Shown: positions 1 through 7,808 of the stretch, piece by piece
Layout of the letters: each line of letters begins with the position of its first letter
How positions within the stretch are numbered: the stretch's first letter is position 1
Assembly (NCBI GenBank): GCA_038888155.1
Contig: JAWAJB010000018.1
Coordinates: 1-17,698 of the forward strand
Direction: 5' to 3'
Length of the DNA: 17,698 bases
Origin: Desulfurococcaceae archaeon
Lineage (GTDB): Archaea > Thermoproteota > Thermoprotei_A > Sulfolobales > Desulfurococcaceae
Made by a program: the position numbers and the translations under genes
The notes under the pieces: model-generated
What the model saw: the letters and a program-made list of their open reading frames with translations, nothing else
Told to the model about the DNA's origin: nothing
The model's database searches: none

Positions 1-209
1 TGAAGATAATTGCCGGAATCCTGAAGCCCACAACCGGGAAAATATACCTGAATGGCGAGGAAGTTAGATTCAAGAGCGCCGCCGACGCCATGGCAAGAGG
101 AATAGCCATGACACACCAATTCCTTGATGAGCAACTAGTGGAAATAGCCAAGGTGTGGGAAAACTTCTACATGGGAAGAGAAGTGACGAAAAAAATAGGG
201 CCGCTGAAA
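1..209 (+). repeat. Inverted repeat, left arm (partner 2838..3040)
   Basis: 1..127 is the exact reverse complement of 2914..3040, and 146..209 is the exact reverse complement of 2838..2901. The blocks are separated by a divergent 18-nt versus 12-nt patch. The arm may extend upstream of the window. Confidence 0.97.
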
Positions 210-620
210 CTACTAGACATATTTAACATGCGCAAAATAACGAAGGATATAATCAGCAATTATCATCTGGGATTTGACGAGATTAGAGAGATCAGGGAGT
301 TATCTGGAGGTCAGCGCCAATTGGTTGCTGTTACTAGATCAATCGAATCTGAGCATGCTTTTAAAATATCTTTGAAACTTTTACTTCTTGATGAGCCGTA
401 TACGGGTCTTTCGGTTCGAGTTTTCAACGAAATCTGCTCTAACATAAGAAAATTGGCTCAGGAAGGCGTATCGGTAATAATTGCCGCGCAGTGGTTTGAC
501 ATGATAGAAAAAGTAATTGATGAAGTTGCTGTGATGAGGCTTGGACGTATCGTCGGGAGATTCAGCAAAGATGAAGTCGATAAACATATGATCTACAAGC
601 TCGCTATAAGCGGCGCATAA
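1..620 (+). CDS. Sugar ABC transporter ATP-binding protein (single NBD), 5'-truncated by the window edge
   Basis: The frame is open from base 3 (KIIAGILKPTTGKIYLNGEEVRFKSAADAMARGIAMTHQF...), so the ATG at 90 is internal. Q-loop THQ, signature LSGGQRQ and Walker B LLLLDEP are present, and the H-loop reads AAQW with no His. Walker A would lie just upstream of the window. Confidence 0.92.
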   Translation, partial: KIIAGILKPTTGKIYLNGEEVRFKSAADAMARGIAMTHQFLDEQLVEIAKVWENFYMGREVTKKIGPLKLLDIFNMRKITKDIISNYHLGFDEIREIRELSGGQRQLVAVTRSIESEHAFKISLKLLLLDEPYTGLSVRVFNEICSNIRKLAQEGVSVIIAAQWFDMIEKVIDEVAVMRLGRIVGRFSKDEVDKHMIYKLAISGA

Positions 621-640
621 CACCTCTTCTCAATCAACTT

Positions 641-2371
641 TCAATATCTCTTCGGCAGCCATCTCCACGTGTCATCTATAGCAACTTTTTCATAATCTCT
701 TCTCAACTCCTTGCCAAGCCTCAATTCAAGCTCCCTAGCTTCTTTATGCATTTCCTCTAAAACTTCTTTATCTTCATACTTTTTTCCAAATTTCTTTTTA
801 GTTACGAACACATCATCTATTCTCAGTATCATTAAAGCCGCTTCGACTGATGTTTTAATAATATTTTCTTTGATGGATGCAGGCTCGAACACACCTGCAT
901 TGCGCATATCGGCAATTCTAGCGTTTAAGACATCTACTCCAAAAGTTCTCCTGCCTTCTTGATGCAATGCTTTTAGCTCGGCTAATGTCGTTATCGGGTC
1001 TAATCCAGTACTCCTAGCTAATTGAACCGGAATCTCCTCCAAAGCCTCCGCAAATTTTTGCACAACTATCTGCTCCTTGCTTTTTATCGAATATGCATAA
1101 TCTTCTAAACCAATAGCTAGGTCGATTTCGATAGCTCCGCCTCCATATACTATTCTCGTATCTCTGATGACGCTTCTAGCGGCGTAAAGCCCTTTCTTAA
1201 TCGATTTCTCTGCCTCTTCAGCAATAACGCGCCCCGCGCCTCTAACCACGATGCTTATAACTTTGCTGTTGTCGCCGCATCTTACTATAATCATCTTATC
1301 GTCTCCGAATTTGACTTCTTCAACGCTTTCGGCGAATCCTAAATCATTTGCTGTTACCTCCTCAGGATTGGAGATTATCTTTGCTCCGGTTGCATAGGAA
1401 ATTTTTCTCAAATCGAACTTGCCAGCCCATCTGATCGCCATCGCATTATTCCTGGCGAAGTATCCAAGCACTATGTCATCGATGTTCTGCGATGATATGA
1501 TGACGTTTGCCCCCGTTGCTATTATTTTTTCCGCGATGTTTTCCAGAATTCTTCTTCTCTGCATCATTATCTGTTGAACATGTTGTGGTGACGTTAGTAA
1601 GGCTTTAAAATTTCGCTCAATAAACTTAGCTTGATTTAACGCAATTGGGGTATTCAGAAGGACTATTCTCGCATTCTCGATTTTTTTCGGCATGTTTGGG
1701 TCTAACCCTTTCTTCTCCAGCACTACTCCATGAATAAGGCAGCTATCTCTCAAGTAGCCACCTTTGACATTGATTATTTTAACGCGATCCAAATCTAGAT
1801 CAAACTTACAATCATTAATTGACATTGCCTTAATTACTGCATCAAGTAGAACTTTGCTAAGCCATTCAGCATCATCTGCTTGACTTTGCTTGATTGCAGT
1901 CTTTATTATGTTCCTTAATATCTCCTGCTGAGAAAGTGATATCTGGATTGATAGTTTTTCGCGTATAAGTTCGATCGCTTTACTCAGTGCTTTTTTGTAT
2001 CCATCGATTATGATTGCTGGATGAATGCCTAGTTTGATAAGTTCCTCTGCTTTCGATAAAAATTCTCCAATTAGTAGAACGGTGGATATACATCCATCAC
2101 CGAATTCTATTTCCTGCGCTCGAGCTGCTTCTATCATCATCTTTACTACGGGAGGCGATATTTCCATCATGTCGAGCCAGCGAAGTATCGTTCCACCATC
2201 ACTTGTCGCCACTAGATCATTTAAGTCCATGAGAATTAGCTTTTTCATCCCGAGGGGCCCTAACGATGTCTTTACCAGATCAGCGAGAATTTTGCACACT
2301 CTAATATTGCTTAGCATAATTTCCATATTTCCGTCTTTCCGCAAACTTGCATAGCTTTGGCTGTTGCTCAT
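641..2371 (-). CDS. Thermosome / group II chaperonin (TCP-1/cpn60 family) subunit, divergent, with degenerate ATPase motifs
   Basis: 576 aa with group II chaperonin landmarks in order: TSLGPLGMKK, TSDGGTIL, GIHPAIIIDGY, LIHGVVLEK, MPKKIENARI, ATGAKI, IVVRG, VYGGGAIE, FAEALEEIP, GVFEP, LRIDD. Canonical GDGTTT reads GDGCIS. Confidence 0.95.
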   Translation of the reverse strand: MSNSQSYASLRKDGNMEIMLSNIRVCKILADLVKTSLGPLGMKKLILMDLNDLVATSDGGTILRWLDMMEISPPVVKMMIEAARAQEIEFGDGCISTVLLIGEFLSKAEELIKLGIHPAIIIDGYKKALSKAIELIREKLSIQISLSQQEILRNIIKTAIKQSQADDAEWLSKVLLDAVIKAMSINDCKFDLDLDRVKIINVKGGYLRDSCLIHGVVLEKKGLDPNMPKKIENARIVLLNTPIALNQAKFIERNFKALLTSPQHVQQIMMQRRRILENIAEKIIATGANVIISSQNIDDIVLGYFARNNAMAIRWAGKFDLRKISYATGAKIISNPEEVTANDLGFAESVEEVKFGDDKMIIVRCGDNSKVISIVVRGAGRVIAEEAEKSIKKGLYAARSVIRDTRIVYGGGAIEIDLAIGLEDYAYSIKSKEQIVVQKFAEALEEIPVQLARSTGLDPITTLAELKALHQEGRRTFGVDVLNARIADMRNAGVFEPASIKENIIKTSVEAALMILRIDDVFVTKKKFGKKYEDKEVLEEMHKEARELELRLGKELRRDYEKVAIDDTWRWLPKRY

Positions 2372-2412
2372 ATTTGCCCACGAACCTCTGATATCACTTA
2401 CTAAGCCTTGGA

Positions 2413-2430
2413 CTTTAAGTTTTTTATTTT
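2413..2430 (-). promoter_or_regulatory. Putative archaeal BRE/TATA promoter for the chaperonin gene
   Basis: The minus strand reads AAAATAAAAAACTTAAAG, a purine-rich BRE-like run followed by a TTAAA box, about 42 nt before the ATG at 2371. Confidence 0.4.
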
Positions 2431-2438
2431 TGCAATAT

Positions 2439-3188
2439 TCATGAAAGCGTACCGAGCATATAGGCTATAATATCATCTATAGTTAGTTGCTCGGCAGGTC
2501 CGTAGAATACTTTTCTTCCTTGCCGAAGCACCATTATATCATCACTTAAGTACTTTACTAAGTCCAAGTCATGGCTCACCACTATAACTGTGATGCATCT
2601 CTCCCTATTAATTCTCTTGATGAAATCCGCGACCTTTTGCCTTCCCTCTATAGAGAGAAATGTAAAAGATTCATCGAGTAATAGAATTTGTGGATTCGTA
2701 TCAACTGCTCTAGCAATAGCGAGTATTTGGCGTTCCTCTCCTGTCAGTTTTCCAACTTCTTCATCAACATTTAGGTTCACACCATATTGTGCTAAGGTCT
2801 CCTTAACCTTATTTCTCATATAAGCTACATTCAACATTTTCAGCGGCCCTATTTTTTTCGTCACTTCTCTTCCCATGTAGAAGTTTTCCCACACCTTGGC
2901 TGTTTCTACAAGCTCAAGGAATTGGTGTGTCATGGCTATTCCTCTTGCCATGGCGTCGGCGGCGCTCTTGAATCTAACTTCCTCGCCATTCAGGTATATT
3001 TTCCCGGTTGTGGGCTTCAGGATTCCGGCAATTATCTTCAGCAGCGTCGACTTGCCGGCGCCATTATCGCCAACGAGGCCGAGAATCTTGCCGCGCTCAA
3101 GCTCGAAAGAAACATCCCTCAAAGCCTCAATCCTACCAAAATACTTCGAAACATTCTCAACACGCAGAGCGACATCTGGCTTAACCAT
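2439..3188 (-). CDS. Sugar ABC transporter ATP-binding protein (single NBD)
   Basis: Walker A GDNGAGKST, Q-loop THQ, degenerate signature LTGEERQ, Walker B ILLLDES, H-loop VSHD. 249 aa, typical of single-domain CUT2 ATPases. Confidence 0.95.
   Translation of the reverse strand: MVKPDVALRVENVSKYFGRIEALRDVSFELERGKILGLVGDNGAGKSTLLKIIAGILKPTTGKIYLNGEEVRFKSAADAMARGIAMTHQFLELVETAKVWENFYMGREVTKKIGPLKMLNVAYMRNKVKETLAQYGVNLNVDEEVGKLTGEERQILAIARAVDTNPQILLLDESFTFLSIEGRQKVADFIKRINRERCITVIVVSHDLDLVKYLSDDIMVLRQGRKVFYGPAEQLTIDDIIAYMLGTLS
2838..3040 (-). repeat. Inverted repeat, right arm (partner 1..209)
   Basis: Its reverse complement matches 1..127 and 146..209 base for base. Confidence 0.97.
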
Positions 3189-3219
3189 CTATCATCTAAA
3201 TCATTTTTTTGGCATGCTA

Positions 3220-3237
3220 TATTTATAGTTTGATTTT
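3220..3237 (-). promoter_or_regulatory. Putative TATA box and BRE for the ATPase gene at 3188
   Basis: The minus strand reads AAAATCAAACTATAAATA, about 32 nt upstream of the ATG, in a divergent intergenic region. Confidence 0.5.
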
Positions 3238-3283
3238 ATAGCTGACGATATTTATCCCTTCTCGAGAAAAAGGTATTGCATCT

Positions 3284-3297
3284 TAAAAAAGTTTAAA
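3284..3297 (+). promoter_or_regulatory. Putative BRE/TATA promoter for the permease
   Basis: TAAAAAAG-TTTAAA. The spacing favours the ATG at 3329 over 3311 as the start. Confidence 0.5.
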
Positions 3298-3328
3298 TTC
3301 AGATCTAATAATGAAAAAACCGATATTC

Positions 3329-4366
3329 ATGAGCGATGCTAAAGGGCTTAAAAGCAACAAAAGAAGCTCGGCTACAATAAGTAACACAAGTAGCGTCATG
3401 GCATCGGAGAAAGTGCCTGTCATGTCAACTTTAAAAAGCTTTGTGACGCACTATTCAACATGGTTTCTGCTGGCGGGATGCTATTTAGCGTTTGGCGCCG
3501 CATTCCCAATACTATTGACCGTTGAATCGTTCTGGAATATGCTTGTCCAGGGAACGACCGTAGTATTGCTGTCGATTGGAATGACGTTCGTTATGTTGAC
3601 AGGCGAGATAGATCTATCTGTGGCATCAGTTGCGGCTCTCTCGGCTCTCTTCGGTCTATATTGTATCACCGAGCTAAAGCTTCCAGGGTATATAGCTTTA
3701 CTATCAATAATACTGCTTGGCGCGATAGTTGGAGTGATCAACGGATTACTTGTTACGAGAATTAGAATACCATCGCTCGTGGCGACTGTTACCACCTGGT
3801 GGATGATCGCAGGAATAGTCCTTCTTTGGACGCAGGGTAGATCGCTAACTGGTTATGATGATTATTGGACTTATATAGGGATGGGAACTATAGGTCCCAT
3901 GAGGGTTGTGCTGTTATTCCTCATAGTGCTGATTATAATCGCGGTGATCATTGCGAGGCGGACGGTCACGGGCCTGAGAATTTACATAGTTGGCGGCAAT
4001 CCCGAGGCGGCCAAAAATATGGGAATTTCTGTCGAAAAAATTAAGACTATTGCATTTGTTCTATCCGGAATTTTCGCTGCTCTAGCCGGCTACACGCTTT
4101 CCTCAAGACTGGGGTTCGTATCTCCCGTTTTTGCAACGGAATGGCTCATGCCGGCCATAGCTGCACCTGTGATCTCGGGAGTGAGCTTAAGAGGAGGACG
4201 CGGCAACCTCATAAACGTTGTTGCTGGTGCATACTTGGTACAGCTAATAGTGTTGATAGTAAGAATTGGCGGCCTTGGAGGATACTTCTATCAGCTCGCA
4301 CAAGGATTACTGATATTCATCGCCGTTATCGTTGACACAATCAGGAGAAGAATTATGGGAGTGTAA
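3329..4366 (+). CDS. Sugar ABC transporter permease (RbsC/BPD_transp_2 family)
   Basis: Multi-TM protein with GMTFVMLTGEIDLSVAS, RIPSLVAT, the EAA loop GGNPEAAKNMGI and GVSLRGGRG. Start uncertain (3311, 3329 or 3398). Confidence 0.94.
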   Translation: MSDAKGLKSNKRSSATISNTSSVMASEKVPVMSTLKSFVTHYSTWFLLAGCYLAFGAAFPILLTVESFWNMLVQGTTVVLLSIGMTFVMLTGEIDLSVASVAALSALFGLYCITELKLPGYIALLSIILLGAIVGVINGLLVTRIRIPSLVATVTTWWMIAGIVLLWTQGRSLTGYDDYWTYIGMGTIGPMRVVLLFLIVLIIIAVIIARRTVTGLRIYIVGGNPEAAKNMGISVEKIKTIAFVLSGIFAALAGYTLSSRLGFVSPVFATEWLMPAIAAPVISGVSLRGGRGNLINVVAGAYLVQLIVLIVRIGGLGGYFYQLAQGLLIFIAVIVDTIRRRIMGV

Positions 4367-4420
4367 TCCGCGCGACCGAGATTATTCCCAGAAAAGTGAC
4401 TTTTTATGTAATCGCAAATC

Positions 4421-4427
4421 TTTTATA
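4421..4427 (+). promoter_or_regulatory. Putative TATA box for the binding-protein gene
   Basis: TTTTATA about 38 nt upstream of the ATG at 4465, preceded by CGCAAATC. Confidence 0.4.
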
Positions 4428-4464
4428 CAACTCGCGGGGAAGGATATAGCAAGGGCTTGAGATC

Positions 4465-5943
4465 ATGTCGGGAGAAAAAACTTCAAGGAGGACTGCGCTT
4501 AAAGTTGCTGCGGGCGTCATCGGTGGACTTGTTGTGGGTGGCGTAATAGGGTGGTTAAGCAAGCCTGTTGCTGAGGCCGTTAGAACAGTGACCTCGACGG
4601 TCACCACTACTGTAGCAGCCCCTGGCGCCGCAACCGTAACAGTTACTCAGCCCGCTACAACCATCAGGGAAACAGTCACGGTAACAGGCACTGCTATTCC
4701 ACCAACGGAGTTTAAGAATGGAGGCACAGTAACGCTAATAATGGGCTACCTTGGAGAATACTGGTGGTACACGTGCGCAAAGTACTTTGAGCTTGCAGTG
4801 AGCAAAATACCTGACCTACACGGAAGGCGTTGGAAGTTCGTTCTCGATACCGCTGAGGGATCAGATACGAGGCAATCAGAGATGATCGAGACATACGCGC
4901 AGAAAAGCGACTTATTGGTGGTTAACGCAGTTAGCATCGATGGAGTAAATACGGCTGTGAAAAAAGCAGAGGAGACGTATCACTGCCCGGTAATACCGGT
5001 AAAGGATATAATTTCCGGCAGGGGAAGATTCCAGATAGAGTTCTCTGACTTCTGGGCTTCTTCCTCGATGGTTGATGACGCCGTTGACTGGATGCGCAAG
5101 AAATACGGCACCGCTGAAGGAAAAATATTGCTCGCCCAAAACGGTGATTTATCATTTAGAGGATGGCTCTATAGATATATAGGATTTAGGACATGTCCGG
5201 AAAAGTATCCAGAAGTTGATTTCAAGGAATTCATTGGAGGAGTATCTCCAGAGGGCTGGGCTGATGCAGCTGACGCATTCATCTCCACCACAACACCAGA
5301 TGCAATAGTCTCGGCTAGCGATGGCCCCTACCTAGTGGGAACACTTGAGGCTCTTGCAAGATATGGCAAGCTATACTATGTAGGTAATCCTGAACATATA
5401 TTCGTTACGAGCATTGATGGAAAGCCGTCAGCTTCGATGTGGGTGAGGAAAGGCTATACGGACTCCGTTTACCCGCAGTGCCCGGACGCAATCTACTTCT
5501 CCACATGGGAAATAGCACGGCAATATATAATTAAGGATGCATCCTATCAGCAAGCACCGTATTCAATGCCGGAGATACCGCTACCGCTTGCATGGAGGCA
5601 GCCTAAAGGGACGTGGTGGGGTGGCGAAGACAAATACTTGGTAATTGATAAGGTGGATTGGTCCGAAACACCCTCTGGCCAAGCTCCAGGTTATAGAGTA
5701 ACGCCGGACAATGTTAACACATGGGAGATGTGGGGTAATCTGGTTACAGTTCTCCTAGGTAAAGAGGCTTTGCAGGATAAGGAGTTCCCAGCAAAAGGTA
5801 CACCACCTCCATGGAGTGCGCGGCTTGTTGAGGAGTACATTAGATGGTGGGAGAGCGTAACCGGCAAAGACTACAGGACCGCTGAGATCGAGAAGCCGCC
5901 TATACCGCTTGAGCAGCTAGAATGGCCTCCTAGGTGGAAGTAG
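4465..5943 (+). CDS. Sugar ABC transporter substrate-binding protein, Tat-exported and membrane-anchored (type I periplasmic binding fold, divergent)
   Basis: N-terminal SRRTALK twin-arginine motif, a hydrophobic helix and a Thr/Val-rich linker (TVTSTVTTTV...TVTVT). RbsB-like segments AEGSDTRQSEMIE, DLLVVNAVS and IFVTSIDG follow. Adjacent to the permease. Confidence 0.88.
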   Translation: MSGEKTSRRTALKVAAGVIGGLVVGGVIGWLSKPVAEAVRTVTSTVTTTVAAPGAATVTVTQPATTIRETVTVTGTAIPPTEFKNGGTVTLIMGYLGEYWWYTCAKYFELAVSKIPDLHGRRWKFVLDTAEGSDTRQSEMIETYAQKSDLLVVNAVSIDGVNTAVKKAEETYHCPVIPVKDIISGRGRFQIEFSDFWASSSMVDDAVDWMRKKYGTAEGKILLAQNGDLSFRGWLYRYIGFRTCPEKYPEVDFKEFIGGVSPEGWADAADAFISTTTPDAIVSASDGPYLVGTLEALARYGKLYYVGNPEHIFVTSIDGKPSASMWVRKGYTDSVYPQCPDAIYFSTWEIARQYIIKDASYQQAPYSMPEIPLPLAWRQPKGTWWGGEDKYLVIDKVDWSETPSGQAPGYRVTPDNVNTWEMWGNLVTVLLGKEALQDKEFPAKGTPPPWSARLVEEYIRWWESVTGKDYRTAEIEKPPIPLEQLEWPPRWK

Positions 5944-5969
5944 GAAAAACTTTTCACATCCTTATTTTT

Positions 5970-6797
5970 ATGAAACTAAGTCTGCTTATTTGGTTTGATA
6001 ACCTCAATTACTTGACTCCTTGGATTAAAAAGGCCAAGGATATTGGTTACGATGCTGTTGAGCTATTTCCTCAATACTTCTCTCTACGAGAGGTGAGCAT
6101 AGTCAAGAAGTTGTTAGATGAGCATAAACTTGAACACATAAGCTGCGTAATCCTTCCCGAGGAGGTTGATGTCGCGAGCTCCAATGATAGGACCCGGAGA
6201 AATGGAGTGATTTTCTTAGAACGTTGCATTGATATTACGGTTAAATTGGGCGGAGAACTGGTAACGGGTGTAATATATGCTCCATGGGGTAAAGTGGAGA
6301 GCAAATCTCCGAAAGAAGATTGGTATCGAAGCACCGCCTCTCTAAAACAGGTCTGTAAATATGCTTCCCAATTCGGCGTTAAGTTGGCTATAGAGCCTAT
6401 AAATCATTACCGGACATACCTGGTCAACACCTGCGAGGATGCTGTTAAGTTCTTGGAGGATGTGGGAGAAAGCAACTTGGGAGTTCATTTGGATACATAT
6501 CATATGAATATTGAGGAAAATAATTTTTATGAACCAGTCATAGCTGCTGGGAAGAGACTTTACCATGTTCACTGCTCTGAAAGTAACAGAGGAATGCTGG
6601 GAACAGGGCATGTAAATTGGAGCGAATTCTTTCAAGCGTTAAATGAAGTGGATTATCAAGGTTATCTTGGATTTGAATACCATACCCCAAGTATCATGAG
6701 AGTTAGCTGGAAAAGAGTTGCCCCATGCATGGAAGAAGTCGCTGTAAGAAGTTTACATTTCATGAAAGAAATGTGTAGTAGGTATATGAGGAAATGA
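5970..6797 (+). CDS. Sugar phosphate isomerase/epimerase, D-psicose/D-tagatose 3-epimerase-like (xylose isomerase-like TIM barrel)
   Basis: IGYDAVE, metal ligands in AIEPIN, HLDTYHMNIEE, HVHCSESNRGMLGTGHVNW and GFEY. The ATG at 5970 (MKLSLLIW) fits the family N-terminus better than the GTG at 5934, which overlaps the previous gene. Confidence 0.92.
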   Translation: MKLSLLIWFDNLNYLTPWIKKAKDIGYDAVELFPQYFSLREVSIVKKLLDEHKLEHISCVILPEEVDVASSNDRTRRNGVIFLERCIDITVKLGGELVTGVIYAPWGKVESKSPKEDWYRSTASLKQVCKYASQFGVKLAIEPINHYRTYLVNTCEDAVKFLEDVGESNLGVHLDTYHMNIEENNFYEPVIAAGKRLYHVHCSESNRGMLGTGHVNWSEFFQALNEVDYQGYLGFEYHTPSIMRVSWKRVAPCMEEVAVRSLHFMKEMCSRYMRK

Positions 6798-6818
6798 AGT
6801 ATGATTTATTGATACTTC

Positions 6819-7808
6819 CTAGCATTTGCCTAGAAGCCTTTTCACGGCAGCAATTATTTTCTTATAATCAACCATGTATTGCCTCTCGAGTGATGGTGAA
6901 AATGGAACTGGAAGCGGAGGAGAGTTAATTCTGATTATCGGAGCCTTGAGCAGTCCAAATGCATACTCAGAAATATATGCTGCAATTTCTGCTGAGATGC
7001 CTCCGGTTTTTACGCTATCATCAGCTATTACCAGCCTACCCGTCTTTTCCAAGGATCTTACAATAGTGTCGTAATCCATCGGTTGTATTGTCATAGGATC
7101 AATCACCTCCACGCTAATACCCTCTTTTGAAAGTTCCTCCGCCGCTTTTAGCGCCTCTGGAACAGTTCTGGAGATCGCGACTAATGTTACATCTTCGCCT
7201 TCACGCTTAATATCGCATTTTCCTATGGGTATAAGATATTCACGCTCGGGCACAGGTCCTCGTGTTCTGTAAAGCATCGCCGCTTCCACGAATAATACTG
7301 GGTCATCGTCTCTTATGGCTGACTTTAAAAGTCCTTTAGCATCATATGGAGTTGAGGGGGCAACTATTTTAATTCCAGGAGATTGTAGAAAGCATGAAAT
7401 GAGTACTTGACTGTGTTGTGCTGCTGACACTCTTCCAAGAGCGTACTCGGTTCGAATTACGAGCGGTAATCTTATTTGCCCACCGCTATAAAACCTCATT
7501 TTAGCGGCATGAGTCATTATCATATCCATTGCCAGAGTTATGAAGTCCATGTACATGATCTCGGCCACGGGACGCAACCCCATCAAAGCTGCTCCAATTG
7601 CTGTTCCAACTATTGCTGCCTCTGAAATCGGCGTGTCTCTTATGCGCTCCGGACCGAACTCGTCAATGAGGTCCTTCGTAACCTTATACACACTATAGAC
7701 CGCAACGTCCTCGCCGAAGACTATAACTCTATCATCTCTTCTCATTTCTTCGATTAGTGCCTCTCTCAATGCTTCAGCGTAAGACATCTCTCTAACGCCA
7801 CTCTCCAT
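6819..7808 (-). CDS. TPP-dependent 2-oxoacid/acetoin dehydrogenase E1 beta subunit
   Basis: GEDVA, RIRDTPISEAAIVG, GLRPVAEIMYMDF, AAQHSQ, PSTPYDAKGLL and SLEKTGRLV. The ATG at 7808 overlaps the end of alpha and has GGAGGGTG upstream. Confidence 0.95.
   Translation of the reverse strand: MESGVREMSYAEALREALIEEMRRDDRVIVFGEDVAVYSVYKVTKDLIDEFGPERIRDTPISEAAIVGTAIGAALMGLRPVAEIMYMDFITLAMDMIMTHAAKMRFYSGGQIRLPLVIRTEYALGRVSAAQHSQVLISCFLQSPGIKIVAPSTPYDAKGLLKSAIRDDDPVLFVEAAMLYRTRGPVPEREYLIPIGKCDIKREGEDVTLVAISRTVPEALKAAEELSKEGISVEVIDPMTIQPMDYDTIVRSLEKTGRLVIADDSVKTGGISAEIAAYISEYAFGLLKAPIIRINSPPLPVPFSPSLERQYMVDYKKIIAAVKRLLGKC

Noticed and set aside
641-2371. Chaperonin as a decaying pseudogene
   Set aside because: The frame is full length and uninterrupted, structural motifs are kept throughout and there is a plausible promoter. 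The losses concentrate on catalytic residues.
2392-2408. TrmB-type TGM operator (TATCAC-N5-GTGATA)
   Set aside because: Only the TATCAC half-site is present.
1-3040. Inverted repeat as transposon or IS ends
   Set aside because: The arms are in-frame coding parts of ABC ATPases, and there is no transposase or target-site duplication.
4582-4700. Thr/Val-rich repeats as a tandem DNA repeat or CRISPR-like array
   Set aside because: The repetition is at the protein level with varied codons, which is an ordinary archaeal binding-protein linker.
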